From a virus, in IMG/VR virus record IMGVR_UViG_3300042691_030776: 64,000 bases of DNA; one strand, 5' to 3'. The notes under the pieces were generated by a model that searched no databases, was not told the DNA's origin, and was given only the letters and a program-made list of their open reading frames with translations. Both the position numbers and the translations under genes were made by a program. Within the stretch, counting starts at the first letter, position 1. The number at the start of each line of letters is the position of its first letter. Shown here piece by piece: positions 38,900 through 48,605 of the stretch.

Positions 38900-39522
38900 A
38901 CGCAAAGTTAAACGATGAATACATAAACCTGGTCAAAATGCAAAGGCCATATGTGGAAGGCAACACCAATGAAGAAATGTTTGCCTGCTACATGCAGGAT
39001 GTTGAACAGGACTACAAGGACATACGAGAATTTTTAAATCATACCACCAACCTAGTGGATCTTGGTTCCGGCATGGGAGGTATAGATTTCATGATCAAAC
39101 GTCTGCATCCTAACATACACATTACTTTGTTAGACGGAGAGCAAGTTGAAGCAGGTGAACACTACGGCTACAAAGAAGATCTAAAGTTTTATTCCAACAA
39201 TGCAGTAGCCAAACAATTTTTTGATGACAATGAACTTGCCGTTGATTTCTATTTGGCTCAAGATGATCTTGTGTTGCCTTGCGATACTTTGATCAGTTTG
39301 AACTCTTGGGGGTTCCATTATCCAATCAATCGCTACATAAACTTTGTCAAAAACAATCGTCCCAAGATTATTATTCTAGATATAAGATCTAGCCGACAAA
39401 ATCTTAACGAGTTACAAGCTCTGGGCTATGTATATCATGCGACCTTGCGCACTTGGGGTAGTAAAAAGTCTAGAACAGTGCTATTTGACCCATTGACGCA
39501 TGTGGGCCCAACACCGACCTGA
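38896..39522 (+). CDS. SAM-dependent methyltransferase-like protein
   Basis: VDLGSGMGG, LLD, SWGFHYP. Confidence 0.7.
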   Translation: MNAKLNDEYINLVKMQRPYVEGNTNEEMFACYMQDVEQDYKDIREFLNHTTNLVDLGSGMGGIDFMIKRLHPNIHITLLDGEQVEAGEHYGYKEDLKFYSNNAVAKQFFDDNELAVDFYLAQDDLVLPCDTLISLNSWGFHYPINRYINFVKNNRPKIIILDIRSSRQNLNELQALGYVYHATLRTWGSKKSRTVLFDPLTHVGPTPT

Positions 39523-40425
39523 CTGTAGATCTTGAAAACTCCAGTGACACTGAGCCAACTTTTTAATCCAATGTGATCTGTCGGGCATCACGGGATTTTC
39601 TATCTTGCTAAGATCAGTGTTGGATACCTCCCCTGCCTGACAATATCCTGGATCATCTGTGATAAACGCAGGTACACCTTCTATCACTGCCACAGAACTA
39701 GGAGTAGAGTTGTGACATACCACTGCCCAACAGTTTTTTAAATCTTCAGTGATGTGTCGTTCTTGAGGGCTCATCACAGCATTAAACTTAGATAGATCTA
39801 CTCCCACTGGAAAGTTTTTCCAGTCTCCAGGGTGCCAACGTAGTTTGACGGGCCTGTCTGTGTGTTTTCTAATCTGTAGAAATGTGTTATCTAACCACTC
39901 CATGAGATTTTGTCCGCGCATACTCCAGCCCATTGGACGTTGTAAACAAATCAAAACATGTTCTCCTGTCTGCCGCCACGGAGCAAGATCCATGTTGTAA
40001 TCTCTGCGTATGTTGACCCAGTTTTCGTCGCCCGGATGATCGTTACAGTATATTCCTGTGGCCGGAAACACACCATTGAAACTGTAGCGAAGATACTTGT
40101 GAGGATTGGCTCGATTTTTGTAAATGAATACGTTACTGTCAATGCTGAGCCAATACTTGCCAAGCTGACGCTGTGTGTCCATTACCATTTTACGTACCTT
40201 GTAGTGAGGCAACCGTGTTTTGGATGGATTGGAATCAAATGCATTGCCAATGATGGCCGCAACATCACAAGGTTCATAAGTCTGACTCATGGTGGTGGTA
40301 GCGTTGTCTCCACACCTAGCGGCACCTTGTACAAGGTAGGTCAACGCGGCTACTTTTTCATCACCGTTGATGTGCTTGGGCAAACTACCAAGATAGCTTT
40401 TAATAACTAAGGATCTGGCGCTCAT
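39481..40425 (-). CDS. GT-B glycosyltransferase-like (KpsS-like)
   Basis: TDRPVKLRWHP, VCHNSTPSSVAVIEGVP. Confidence 0.65.
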   Translation of the reverse strand: MSARSLVIKSYLGSLPKHINGDEKVAALTYLVQGAARCGDNATTTMSQTYEPCDVAAIIGNAFDSNPSKTRLPHYKVRKMVMDTQRQLGKYWLSIDSNVFIYKNRANPHKYLRYSFNGVFPATGIYCNDHPGDENWVNIRRDYNMDLAPWRQTGEHVLICLQRPMGWSMRGQNLMEWLDNTFLQIRKHTDRPVKLRWHPGDWKNFPVGVDLSKFNAVMSPQERHITEDLKNCWAVVCHNSTPSSVAVIEGVPAFITDDPGYCQAGEVSNTDLSKIENPVMPDRSHWIKKLAQCHWSFQDLQSGRCWAHMRQWVK

Positions 40426-41494
40426 TGTTTTCCAATACTAACTGCCAGGCTTCTCCCGACAACATTTCATTGAGACTGAACTGCCCATATGCTATCGAGC
40501 ACAACCATTTGTAAACAATATCCTCGCTGTGCATTACTGGATTTTCTATCTGTGTGAGATCATTACTGCAGACTGGCGCGGCAGCTGTGGGAGCCAGCGC
40601 AAAAGCTGGTATGCCGTACTGTACAGCTTCTACTGCGGCTATGCTGTTGTAAGTCACTAGAGCATAGATATCATCGCCCAACGCATCATAGATAGTATCG
40701 TTGGTTCGTTCTCCACGGCCAGCTTTTTCTCTAATGACTATCTCTCTGTCTGTGTGTTTTTTTATAGTGGCGATGGTATTTTTAATCCATTGATCACGAT
40801 CTTCACCATAATATTCAAATGGCTTTTGTGTGCTCATTACTAGTAGTATCTTACTGCCAGAGTTTCGCCAACCGTAATAGCGTAGATTGGGATTAAACTT
40901 AACCAACTGTTTCCAACGATCATCGGGTACATCCATGATGTTAGGATGTTGCATGGCATTTTTTACTATTCGATGATAGACTTTTCTACCAGTGCGATTG
41001 TTTTCGCAACGGTAGTTGCCTAGATATCCAGTTTCAATAAAGTAGTAATCTTTGTTATTTTTTATTGCATGATCTGCTATCTTACCATTGGCTATACCTC
41101 GTATGAGTATTGGTCCATTGATGTTTTCATACTCATCCCAATAGCGAGACTTGTCTAAGAATTTACTCTCTGGGTATGCTGCCATGATCATAGCAGGATA
41201 GTCACTGAACTTGATACAACGATCCAGTTTTTCATTGAGAGAGATAATGTACTGTTTGAACTGACGATCTATAGATTGATCTTTGCGTTTTTTAAAGTAA
41301 ATCCTTGCCATTTCAGCCTCATCGGTATTGGCCACTTCAAAAAAAGTCTGTTCAATGTTACGAAGCGTGTTGACTTCATTGTTTAACATTCTTGCATCAG
41401 CAACATTGTGCTTGAGTGCCGATTCGATGGTTGTATGTTGGGTGCGATATTCTTCGCTGGGCCAACGATCAACCAAGGCCACTGGTAATGTCAT
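40400..41494 (-). CDS. GT-B glycosyltransferase-like (KpsS-like)
   Basis: TDREIVIR, VTYNSIAAVEAVQYGIP; start refined to ATGA overlap. Confidence 0.65.
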   Translation of the reverse strand: MTLPVALVDRWPSEEYRTQHTTIESALKHNVADARMLNNEVNTLRNIEQTFFEVANTDEAEMARIYFKKRKDQSIDRQFKQYIISLNEKLDRCIKFSDYPAMIMAAYPESKFLDKSRYWDEYENINGPILIRGIANGKIADHAIKNNKDYYFIETGYLGNYRCENNRTGRKVYHRIVKNAMQHPNIMDVPDDRWKQLVKFNPNLRYYGWRNSGSKILLVMSTQKPFEYYGEDRDQWIKNTIATIKKHTDREIVIREKAGRGERTNDTIYDALGDDIYALVTYNSIAAVEAVQYGIPAFALAPTAAAPVCSNDLTQIENPVMHSEDIVYKWLCSIAYGQFSLNEMLSGEAWQLVLENNERQILSY

Positions 41495-42180
41495 TGATCG
41501 ATCCTTTGCTGACAGTATTCTGTATAAATCCTTTCTCTGTGCCACTCATCGCCTTGTGGTGTGTCTGCAAACTCGTGGAAGCAAGGAGTTCCCAGCGTGT
41601 AGTGCAACAGTTTGGCATTGGGATTCGCTCCATATTCATCGGGCAACCAGTTCCACTCAGGAGGAAGTTCACCTATACGGTCATCGTCTAACCACGAGAA
41701 GCGGTGGAGGAAACTGCCGGTTGACTGCTGGACAAACTCAGGGGTAAGGCGCCGGTTAGGAAAGCTACTACAGTTCCACAGAATAACACTACTCCAATTT
41801 TTTCTAGGATAGTCTTCATTTTTCGCTCCAAGATATTTAATGGGCATTCGAGTTTTGTAATCGTGTTTGACTACCATGGCATCTTTGTTCATTTCTCTAA
41901 GAGCCCATAGCTTGGTAATGTCATCACGTACAATCATATCACCATCAATAAAAATTGCCCACCCTTGATAGTGCATGAGGTATGGTACAAGAAATCTTGT
42001 ATAGATAAAATGATTACTGCCATCAGTGTGTGTTTCGTCGTAATCTTTGAACAGATTCAACGCCACTGGGTGTATGGCCACAGGGCCGGTGGCATGTCTG
42101 ATGATAGAGTTTACACAGGTATGAAAAGCTATGGCTTCTCTTGGGTCGTACCCTACAAATACTGGAATGATTTCTTTCAT
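41491..42180 (-). CDS. GT-A glycosyltransferase
   Basis: VGYDPRE, FIDGDM, YPRKNWSS, HYTLGTP. Confidence 0.85.
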   Translation of the reverse strand: MKEIIPVFVGYDPREAIAFHTCVNSIIRHATGPVAIHPVALNLFKDYDETHTDGSNHFIYTRFLVPYLMHYQGWAIFIDGDMIVRDDITKLWALREMNKDAMVVKHDYKTRMPIKYLGAKNEDYPRKNWSSVILWNCSSFPNRRLTPEFVQQSTGSFLHRFSWLDDDRIGELPPEWNWLPDEYGANPNAKLLHYTLGTPCFHEFADTPQGDEWHRERIYTEYCQQRIDQ

Positions 42181-42941
42181 TGTCGTTCTATGTCAACTTC
42201 TTCACAACGATCGCCGTACTGTATCTCTATGATTTTCAATGGCTCTGTGCCTTCGTTGGCCAGTTGGTGCCACTCTCGACGATTGATTACTAGCATCTGA
42301 TGCTGTGTGTATCGACCATGTAACTCTGCATCTGACGATCTATTTATAGTGTACAGCGTGGCTTCACCTTCGCTGACAAACCAAACTTCGCCACGATCCT
42401 CATGACGTTGCATGCTCAGTGATTTTCCAGGCTCAACTGTGAGTTCTTTGAGCTTGACTCGTTGATTAGGTTCATGCAACACACGATAGTAGCCCCAATC
42501 ACGTGTGGTTTTGGGTGCTCTCCATTCTTCTAGTATCCAAGAGCTTGAGTTGTTTTTATCAAACCCACCGACTCCAAACATAAACCGGAGATTGTCATCT
42601 TTGACATCCATTTCTGGAATGTTAGAGTCAGTGCGGTCGCCGCCGTTGGCAAAAATGATTTCATCTCTGGGATACATGGCTCGGACATTTCGTATGGCTT
42701 CTCTACTGGAACCATCACTGTCGTCGTAGAGCACACAGTGATCCACCATGCGTAGGCTCTGGATGATGTCAACACGCTCTCTCAACGGCAAGAACGGACG
42801 TCCTTTTTTACGTGTGAGCCAAGCATCAGAGTTCACCCCAACAACCAGGATATCGCCTAGTTGTTTGGCAGCCTGGAAATAAGCAAGGTGACCTGAATGC
42901 AAAGGATCAAAGCCACCAGTTACAAGTACGATTTTTTTCAT
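42177..42941 (-). CDS. Cytidylyltransferase (HxGH) fused to mannose-6-phosphate-isomerase-type cupin
   Basis: GGFDPLHSGH, ANGGDR; C-terminal WGYY, LSMQRH, WHQL, EIQYG. Confidence 0.88.
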   Translation of the reverse strand: MKKIVLVTGGFDPLHSGHLAYFQAAKQLGDILVVGVNSDAWLTRKKGRPFLPLRERVDIIQSLRMVDHCVLYDDSDGSSREAIRNVRAMYPRDEIIFANGGDRTDSNIPEMDVKDDNLRFMFGVGGFDKNNSSSWILEEWRAPKTTRDWGYYRVLHEPNQRVKLKELTVEPGKSLSMQRHEDRGEVWFVSEGEATLYTINRSSDAELHGRYTQHQMLVINRREWHQLANEGTEPLKIIEIQYGDRCEEVDIERQ

Positions 42942-42968
42942 ATAGTATTTATATACCACTATATTGGA

Positions 42969-43709
42969 CTATAAAATCATCTTTGTTTGCATAAGGAAGT
43001 CAAATAATTTTTTGTGACCTTTTTGATTTGCATGTTTGCCGTCGGGAAAAAAATATTCAGGATTTGCATCCCATATTTGTTGTCGAGTGAGCGTGTTGTC
43101 AATCAATGATTCTATAAATGAAATCATAGTCGGATCATCTGTGCGATTTTTAAGGAAATCTGCGGCTTTAGAGCTTATAGAAAAATTTTCTTTGTTGACC
43201 CTGTGATCATCGTTGACACATAAGTTTGTAAAACTCTGACACACTACTTCAACTCCAGGGTACTCTTGTTTGAACTGATCTAACCAGATAGTATCTTCTA
43301 CTCCACCAATCAACTTTATTGATACTGAATATTTTTTTGAAATTTCGCTCAGCCCATAATAAAATCTACTGAGATATCGCAAATGTATATCTTCGTTCAA
43401 AGGATCTAAGAAGTTTGTATCAAAATCTATACAGTAAGTCGCTGGAGAAAAATCTCGATACCATTCAGTCTGGAAGACAAAAATAGTTTGTACTGTTTCT
43501 ACTAGATGTAAATGTGTTCCAGATATAAAAAATCTATGGATAGATCTCAATATATCTTGATTGCTGAAACCTCCTTGACTCAGATTGATTACTCGTTGTC
43601 CTGAATCTCTGATGTACCATGCAAGACCGCCGTGCAAGATTTCATCTGGACCAGAGTATCTTTGTGGCCATTCGCCGCATCCCCAACTATCCCCGGATAT
43701 TATTACCAT
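42969..43709 (-). CDS. SGNH/GDSL-fold protein
   Basis: GDSWG, GGFSN, DGKHANQKGH. Confidence 0.65.
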   Translation of the reverse strand: MVIISGDSWGCGEWPQRYSGPDEILHGGLAWYIRDSGQRVINLSQGGFSNQDILRSIHRFFISGTHLHLVETVQTIFVFQTEWYRDFSPATYCIDFDTNFLDPLNEDIHLRYLSRFYYGLSEISKKYSVSIKLIGGVEDTIWLDQFKQEYPGVEVVCQSFTNLCVNDDHRVNKENFSISSKAADFLKNRTDDPTMISFIESLIDNTLTRQQIWDANPEYFFPDGKHANQKGHKKLFDFLMQTKMIL

Positions 43710-43721
43710 GCTTTTTTGTGA

Positions 43722-44480
43722 TTATTGATGCCCCATCCAGCTCAAACTCTTATCAATCCAAGACAGAACTAGGTCATGCTGACGTAGATAACCATACTTG
43801 TTGATGGATTCTTCGGCGGATGCGGGCAGTAGACCTTTTTCTGCCAGACTGTACCAGGTGCTAGTTTTAGGATCGCTGGGTGTTTGATTGCTGTTATAAA
43901 CTATGGCATGTAACCAAGGATCAGTAGGATTCTTTAAGAAAAATCCCGAACGACAATCCCATCCTGAGACAGCTAACATATGTATCAAACTGACCATGGT
44001 ATGATTGTAGTAACAACCCGATGGTTGATCAAAGGACTGTCGTGAAAACTCTATGTTAGTAGTTTGCGGTACTACCAGTACCAACATACCATCTTTGGCA
44101 CATAGTCTGCGCCAGTTTGCCAGGCACTGTAAAGGATTGATCATGTACTGAAACACATCATGGCACCATAGGATATCTTGGCTGTGTTTGATCTGCTGTA
44201 GTGTTTCCAAATCATTTCTAACATAAGTTATGTTGGCGTCTTTGGCTTCTCTACTGATGTTATCCAATAAGTCTATGCCGGTACATCTAATGTTTAGAGG
44301 AGTAGGTTCGTCGTCTCTAGTGGTTCTAGTGGCCCACCATTGTAGATCCAGAGCTTCGTATCCACAGCCAAGATCCATCACACGACCAACACTTTCCATG
44401 AAGTCGTCGTGTTCGTAGAGATCATTAAGAATTCTCAAACTGTGTGCATGACTTTCTTGTGCGTTTTTAAAATTTGCCAT
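43722..44480 (-). CDS. Class I SAM-dependent methyltransferase
   Basis: VMDLGCG, GID, DGMLVLVVP. Confidence 0.75.
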   Translation of the reverse strand: MANFKNAQESHAHSLRILNDLYEHDDFMESVGRVMDLGCGYEALDLQWWATRTTRDDEPTPLNIRCTGIDLLDNISREAKDANITYVRNDLETLQQIKHSQDILWCHDVFQYMINPLQCLANWRRLCAKDGMLVLVVPQTTNIEFSRQSFDQPSGCYYNHTMVSLIHMLAVSGWDCRSGFFLKNPTDPWLHAIVYNSNQTPSDPKTSTWYSLAEKGLLPASAEESINKYGYLRQHDLVLSWIDKSLSWMGHQ

Positions 44481-45537
44481 GTATTAGTCCATTAACGGCT
44501 TGCTTGTGTTTATCTAGAGCAGTGTCATATATATGTTTTATCAACTGAGCATTATGTAACAATCTATTCCAGTGTTGTTTTCGAAATAATGCAAGGTTAT
44601 CTTGTTTACAAATATTAGACACTAACTGCACTACTTGTGTCATGCGAGTCCAAGGATCTTGTGTTTGATCGTAGGCATGCCCATCAAATATGTCATCAAA
44701 TACATCAAACCCTATTTTCCTGACTTCATTGACCAGTCCAGGAACAGCGTACCACACAGGAAACTGATGCCAGGCCAAGGCCTTGAATGTTTTTTCTGTG
44801 ATGAATATACTAGTCCATGTGTTAGGGTCAAGCTGGCTGGAACTTTCTACCACAAGGTTTAACGGTGCTTGATAGAACTTTTCGTGATCGATGCGATGCT
44901 GAAAAACCTCATCGGCCATGGGTCGATCTACGATCATTGGAAACGGTTGCGGATATACTAACTTTTTAACTTCGTCGCTGGCATCAACTCCGTTGGTACC
45001 AAATGTCATGATCATATCATTGACATTGATTTTGGCCAGCAGTCGTTTGGCAAGGTTGCCTCGACCAACGCTGGCTCTACGCATCAAGCATACTAGCTTG
45101 TGGGTCATGGGAATAGATTCCCAGTCTATATGGTAGTGCTCAAGATGCATGTACCAGTTACCATTATAGATCAATCTGTCTGGCAGACTAACAGCCGGGT
45201 AAGGTAAAACAGTGACATCTTCAACTGCGCTGAACACTACTCTTATGTTAGAGGATGGTACTTTTAACTTAAAAACAAGATATTTGTAAAAGTTATAAAA
45301 ATCGTCTGACGAAATACCTTCGGGTTTGAGATCAAACACTAATATATGATTTTTTATATCCTGTCGAGTTATGCCCTTGCGTCGGCAGTCTTGTTCAAAA
45401 ATTACTTGTACCGCAACTTCTCCACCTCTCAGTAAATCAGCTGATATTTCTTTCCAAAGAGCATAATGTATTATATTGCCTTCCTTGGTCACTCTTTCTG
45501 GAGGAGGGTTGATTCCTGGTAATATAGTTTCGCTCAT
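44467..45537 (-). CDS. Putative glycosyltransferase (TEKT family)
   Basis: FITEKTFK...P...GFDVFDD...YD. Confidence 0.55.
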   Translation of the reverse strand: MSETILPGINPPPERVTKEGNIIHYALWKEISADLLRGGEVAVQVIFEQDCRRKGITRQDIKNHILVFDLKPEGISSDDFYNFYKYLVFKLKVPSSNIRVVFSAVEDVTVLPYPAVSLPDRLIYNGNWYMHLEHYHIDWESIPMTHKLVCLMRRASVGRGNLAKRLLAKINVNDMIMTFGTNGVDASDEVKKLVYPQPFPMIVDRPMADEVFQHRIDHEKFYQAPLNLVVESSSQLDPNTWTSIFITEKTFKALAWHQFPVWYAVPGLVNEVRKIGFDVFDDIFDGHAYDQTQDPWTRMTQVVQLVSNICKQDNLALFRKQHWNRLLHNAQLIKHIYDTALDKHKQAVNGLIHGKF

Positions 45538-45986
45538 ACTTGTATGTCTTCCATGCCAGCTGTGCGCAGTCTAACAATATGGCCCATCTGCCACTGTTTG
45601 GTGTCAAGACCTTTCATGATACCTAACCAACGATTGCGTAACAATGCTACTTCATTAATTATGGTTTCAAAATCAATCACTTCGTCTTCTCCATCCACAT
45701 ATTTCTCTGCGTCACGGCTGGTCAGCGCACGAGCATAGCCTTCGAGATATTTTTGGAAGTGACGTCGACGTATCTTTCTCAACTGTATGTTGAGATAGTT
45801 GAGCACTGCTTCAATCTCTTGCAGTTGATTGAAACGATGTTCGGTTATGCCCGGCAATGCTGAAATATTTTTTTCAACCAGGCCGCCAATACGACACTCT
45901 TTTTTAGCTTCGTTGAGCTCGTGTTCATAGTGCTGGATAAAGTCAGGTATGTTGCCAAGATTGGCTGTTACTTTACTATACCACAT
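45534..45986 (-). CDS. uvsY: Recombination mediator UvsY-like protein
   Basis: Helical; YVDGEDEV and C-terminal LRTAG; in operon with uvsX. Confidence 0.7.
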   Translation of the reverse strand: MWYSKVTANLGNIPDFIQHYEHELNEAKKECRIGGLVEKNISALPGITEHRFNQLQEIEAVLNYLNIQLRKIRRRHFQKYLEGYARALTSRDAEKYVDGEDEVIDFETIINEVALLRNRWLGIMKGLDTKQWQMGHIVRLRTAGMEDIQV

Positions 45987-47223
45987 GTTCAAACTCCTTG
46001 ATCAACCACGGAAATGTTTTTTTCCAATCGAGTCCGCGGCGTAGATCTATTTCATTGAGAAAGTGCAACAGATTATCAATCTGTTCACTGTTGCGTTGGT
46101 GCGTGTTAAACTCTGTTTTCAATCCAGCCATTAACGACCTGGCATGTTTTTGTTGCCAAGTCTGATCGGGCATTTCACTGAGTACAAGATCCAGCTCCTG
46201 ATCAAAGAATCCAGCACCAAAGATACCTGGATAGAGATGCGGTCTATTATTGCAACTCATAAAGTAGTGACCAATCTCTCGATGTTGCCTTTGTTGATTG
46301 ACAAATCTTACAAGATCAATCATAGATTTCATGCCTAGTGCAGTGATTGTCTGATTGATGTTAAGTGTAATCCAACGCTGTGCTACAAGATACTCAAAGT
46401 TACTTTGCCACTCTTTCATGTCAATACCGTAACGTATGTACTCTTGCTCACTGCCCCAACAGTCAATACTACATGTAAGATCAACTCGTTTGATACGTCG
46501 TTGCTTTAACAGAGACTTGATACGTTCTAAAAACTGTTCAAGTTTGGCTCGAGAAACTTTTAAGTTAGAAACAACATTAAACTCTAACTCAGGATTGCTG
46601 TGTTGTTCAAGAAACAACAAACACGTTTCAAACTGACTTTGAAAGAAAGGTTCGCCGCCTAGCACATGTAGTCTGCGCAGAGTTGAATAGTTATCTTCCA
46701 TCCATTGCCAAAACTTCAACGACAGCACGTCAAACTCAGAGGTTTTGATTGAAGTATTTTTAATCTCCAGTGTGTTGTATTTGAAATCGCTGTGGCGTAG
46801 ATTTTCTTGCTGTATCCGACTGCTGAACTTGTCTTCACAGTAGATACAACTCATGTTGCACACATTGTCTAAATATACCTCAACAATACGAGGAGTGACT
46901 TCGACCGCAGTAGGGTTGATGTCTAACTCTGGTGGAACTAGATTAGGAATCTCAATCTGAAACTGTCTGTCACTTTTACCGCCAGCACGTTCAATGTTGG
47001 CACAGTATTCACAGCCGCCTTGTGGCCATTGGCCGTTGAGCATGAGTTGACGATCATTGAGTTTTTTTTCTGTGTTGTGGAAACGTTCAAAATGTTCAGG
47101 GTCAATCTTTGTCTCGTTTACACGATGACAACTGTTGGTTTCGCCCGTGTAGAGATGTATGGTACTCCAAGTCCATTTAAGCTGACATGCTGTTTCTGTT
47201 TTGATAGGAAAGTATTTGTTCAT
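45976..47223 (-). CDS. Radical SAM protein (N-terminal Cys cluster)
   Basis: CNMSCIYC, LGGEPF, SID, YIRYG. Confidence 0.88.
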   Translation of the reverse strand: MNKYFPIKTETACQLKWTWSTIHLYTGETNSCHRVNETKIDPEHFERFHNTEKKLNDRQLMLNGQWPQGGCEYCANIERAGGKSDRQFQIEIPNLVPPELDINPTAVEVTPRIVEVYLDNVCNMSCIYCEDKFSSRIQQENLRHSDFKYNTLEIKNTSIKTSEFDVLSLKFWQWMEDNYSTLRRLHVLGGEPFFQSQFETCLLFLEQHSNPELEFNVVSNLKVSRAKLEQFLERIKSLLKQRRIKRVDLTCSIDCWGSEQEYIRYGIDMKEWQSNFEYLVAQRWITLNINQTITALGMKSMIDLVRFVNQQRQHREIGHYFMSCNNRPHLYPGIFGAGFFDQELDLVLSEMPDQTWQQKHARSLMAGLKTEFNTHQRNSEQIDNLLHFLNEIDLRRGLDWKKTFPWLIKEFEHVV

Positions 47224-48365
47224 TGTTCAAGCCAGCTGGATAACGAAGATGGAAACACAGATAAACTCAACGATCTTCGTTGTGCAAATTCTTTGATATA
47301 TGCTTTAAGATTATACACTTGTTTGTCGGTGGGTTCAACCTCTAATGCACCAGACACAAACTCAGGCAGTAGTGCTAGATCTTTTTTAATCATGCTTTTG
47401 GTTTCTTGATCTAGCACACTGATTGATAGGTAATCTGGATCGGTACAGGGTTGAAAGTTAATAGGTACACTGTCGGCCCAGCGAATAAACTCTAATAAAC
47501 CGGGCAAGGTTAGATTGGTAACAGTGGCGTTGAACTCATAACTTATGCCCTGTTGTTTTAACTGATCAATATTATTGTTGAAACGTTGCCAAGTATTACC
47601 GTATCTTGTAAACTCGTAGGCAGCACCTGTGTTCTCGGCACTGATTACTACTGTGACATTGTCTGATAGTCTTTCAACTTCGCGACCAAACCGTCGTTCG
47701 TCAACTCCGAGACCTGACCAAATCTTTACTTTGACATGTGCCGGTATGGACTCAACCAATCGGTGCAAATCAAGATAGAGAAATGGTTCTCCGCCTGTGA
47801 TCATTACTTCTTTGAGTGTGGGTGATTGGCATAACTCGACCAGTTCTTTGAGCATGAGCTGACGTGTAGCAGATGATGCAATCTCTTTTTGACTTATGAA
47901 CTGTAATACACGATCTTTATCATTGATGACAAATCTATCGTCGGTTCTTTCTACTGGATAGGTAGCTTGAGCAACATCTCTGCTCCAGGCAGTGCTGTAA
48001 AACTTGCAACAGTACACACAGGTCATATTGCAATCAGTGCCCACTATGACATTCACTGTTTCTGGTGATGCCACTGTGTTTGTGTGTGTTTGGGTTTGCC
48101 CGTTGGTTGTCAAACGTCTACTAAACATTCCTTGTGACTCAGGAATCCAACAAGATGCACTGCAAGTTGAAACTGGAACGTTGTCCAGCATCATTTGTCG
48201 TTCTTTCTGTAACTCAGGAGTGTTGAAAATCTGCCCTGGATGTTGTCGAAGCCAGGACAGATCTATACGTTGTGGTGTTGCCGCACAACAACTAAAAGTA
48301 TTAAACTTTTCTAAATCAACTGACAGCCACCAAAACTTTTGATTGCAATAATAGTTTGACATCAA
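47220..48365 (-). CDS. Radical SAM protein (N-terminal Cys cluster)
   Basis: CNMTCVYC, TGGEPF, N-terminal C..SCC..CSASCW. Confidence 0.88.
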   Translation of the reverse strand: MMSNYYCNQKFWWLSVDLEKFNTFSCCAATPQRIDLSWLRQHPGQIFNTPELQKERQMMLDNVPVSTCSASCWIPESQGMFSRRLTTNGQTQTHTNTVASPETVNVIVGTDCNMTCVYCCKFYSTAWSRDVAQATYPVERTDDRFVINDKDRVLQFISQKEIASSATRQLMLKELVELCQSPTLKEVMITGGEPFLYLDLHRLVESIPAHVKVKIWSGLGVDERRFGREVERLSDNVTVVISAENTGAAYEFTRYGNTWQRFNNNIDQLKQQGISYEFNATVTNLTLPGLLEFIRWADSVPINFQPCTDPDYLSISVLDQETKSMIKKDLALLPEFVSGALEVEPTDKQVYNLKAYIKEFAQRRSLSLSVFPSSLSSWLEQ

Positions 48366-48601
48366 TAGTCATCGTCGTAGTCATCTTCTTCCTCCTCCTC
48401 AAGTTCTTCTTCTTCCTTGAGGTAGTCAGCTAGAGCACGTTTGATGTCTCCGTCACCTTTGAAAATAGTTTTAATATCTTCGGCATCTACATCGTTGTCG
48501 ATGAGAATACCGACCACTGTTTCTGCGGCTTCACTGCGATCAACTGAGTTGATATATCGTTTTACTTCGGTCCAAATTTCGCTTGCTAGTTCAACTGACA
48601 T
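48362..48601 (-). CDS. Small acidic hypothetical protein
   Basis: 79 aa with poly-E/D tail. Confidence 0.7.
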   Translation of the reverse strand: MSVELASEIWTEVKRYINSVDRSEAAETVVGILIDNDVDAEDIKTIFKGDGDIKRALADYLKEEEELEEEEEDDYDDDY

Positions 48602-48605
48602 CAGG

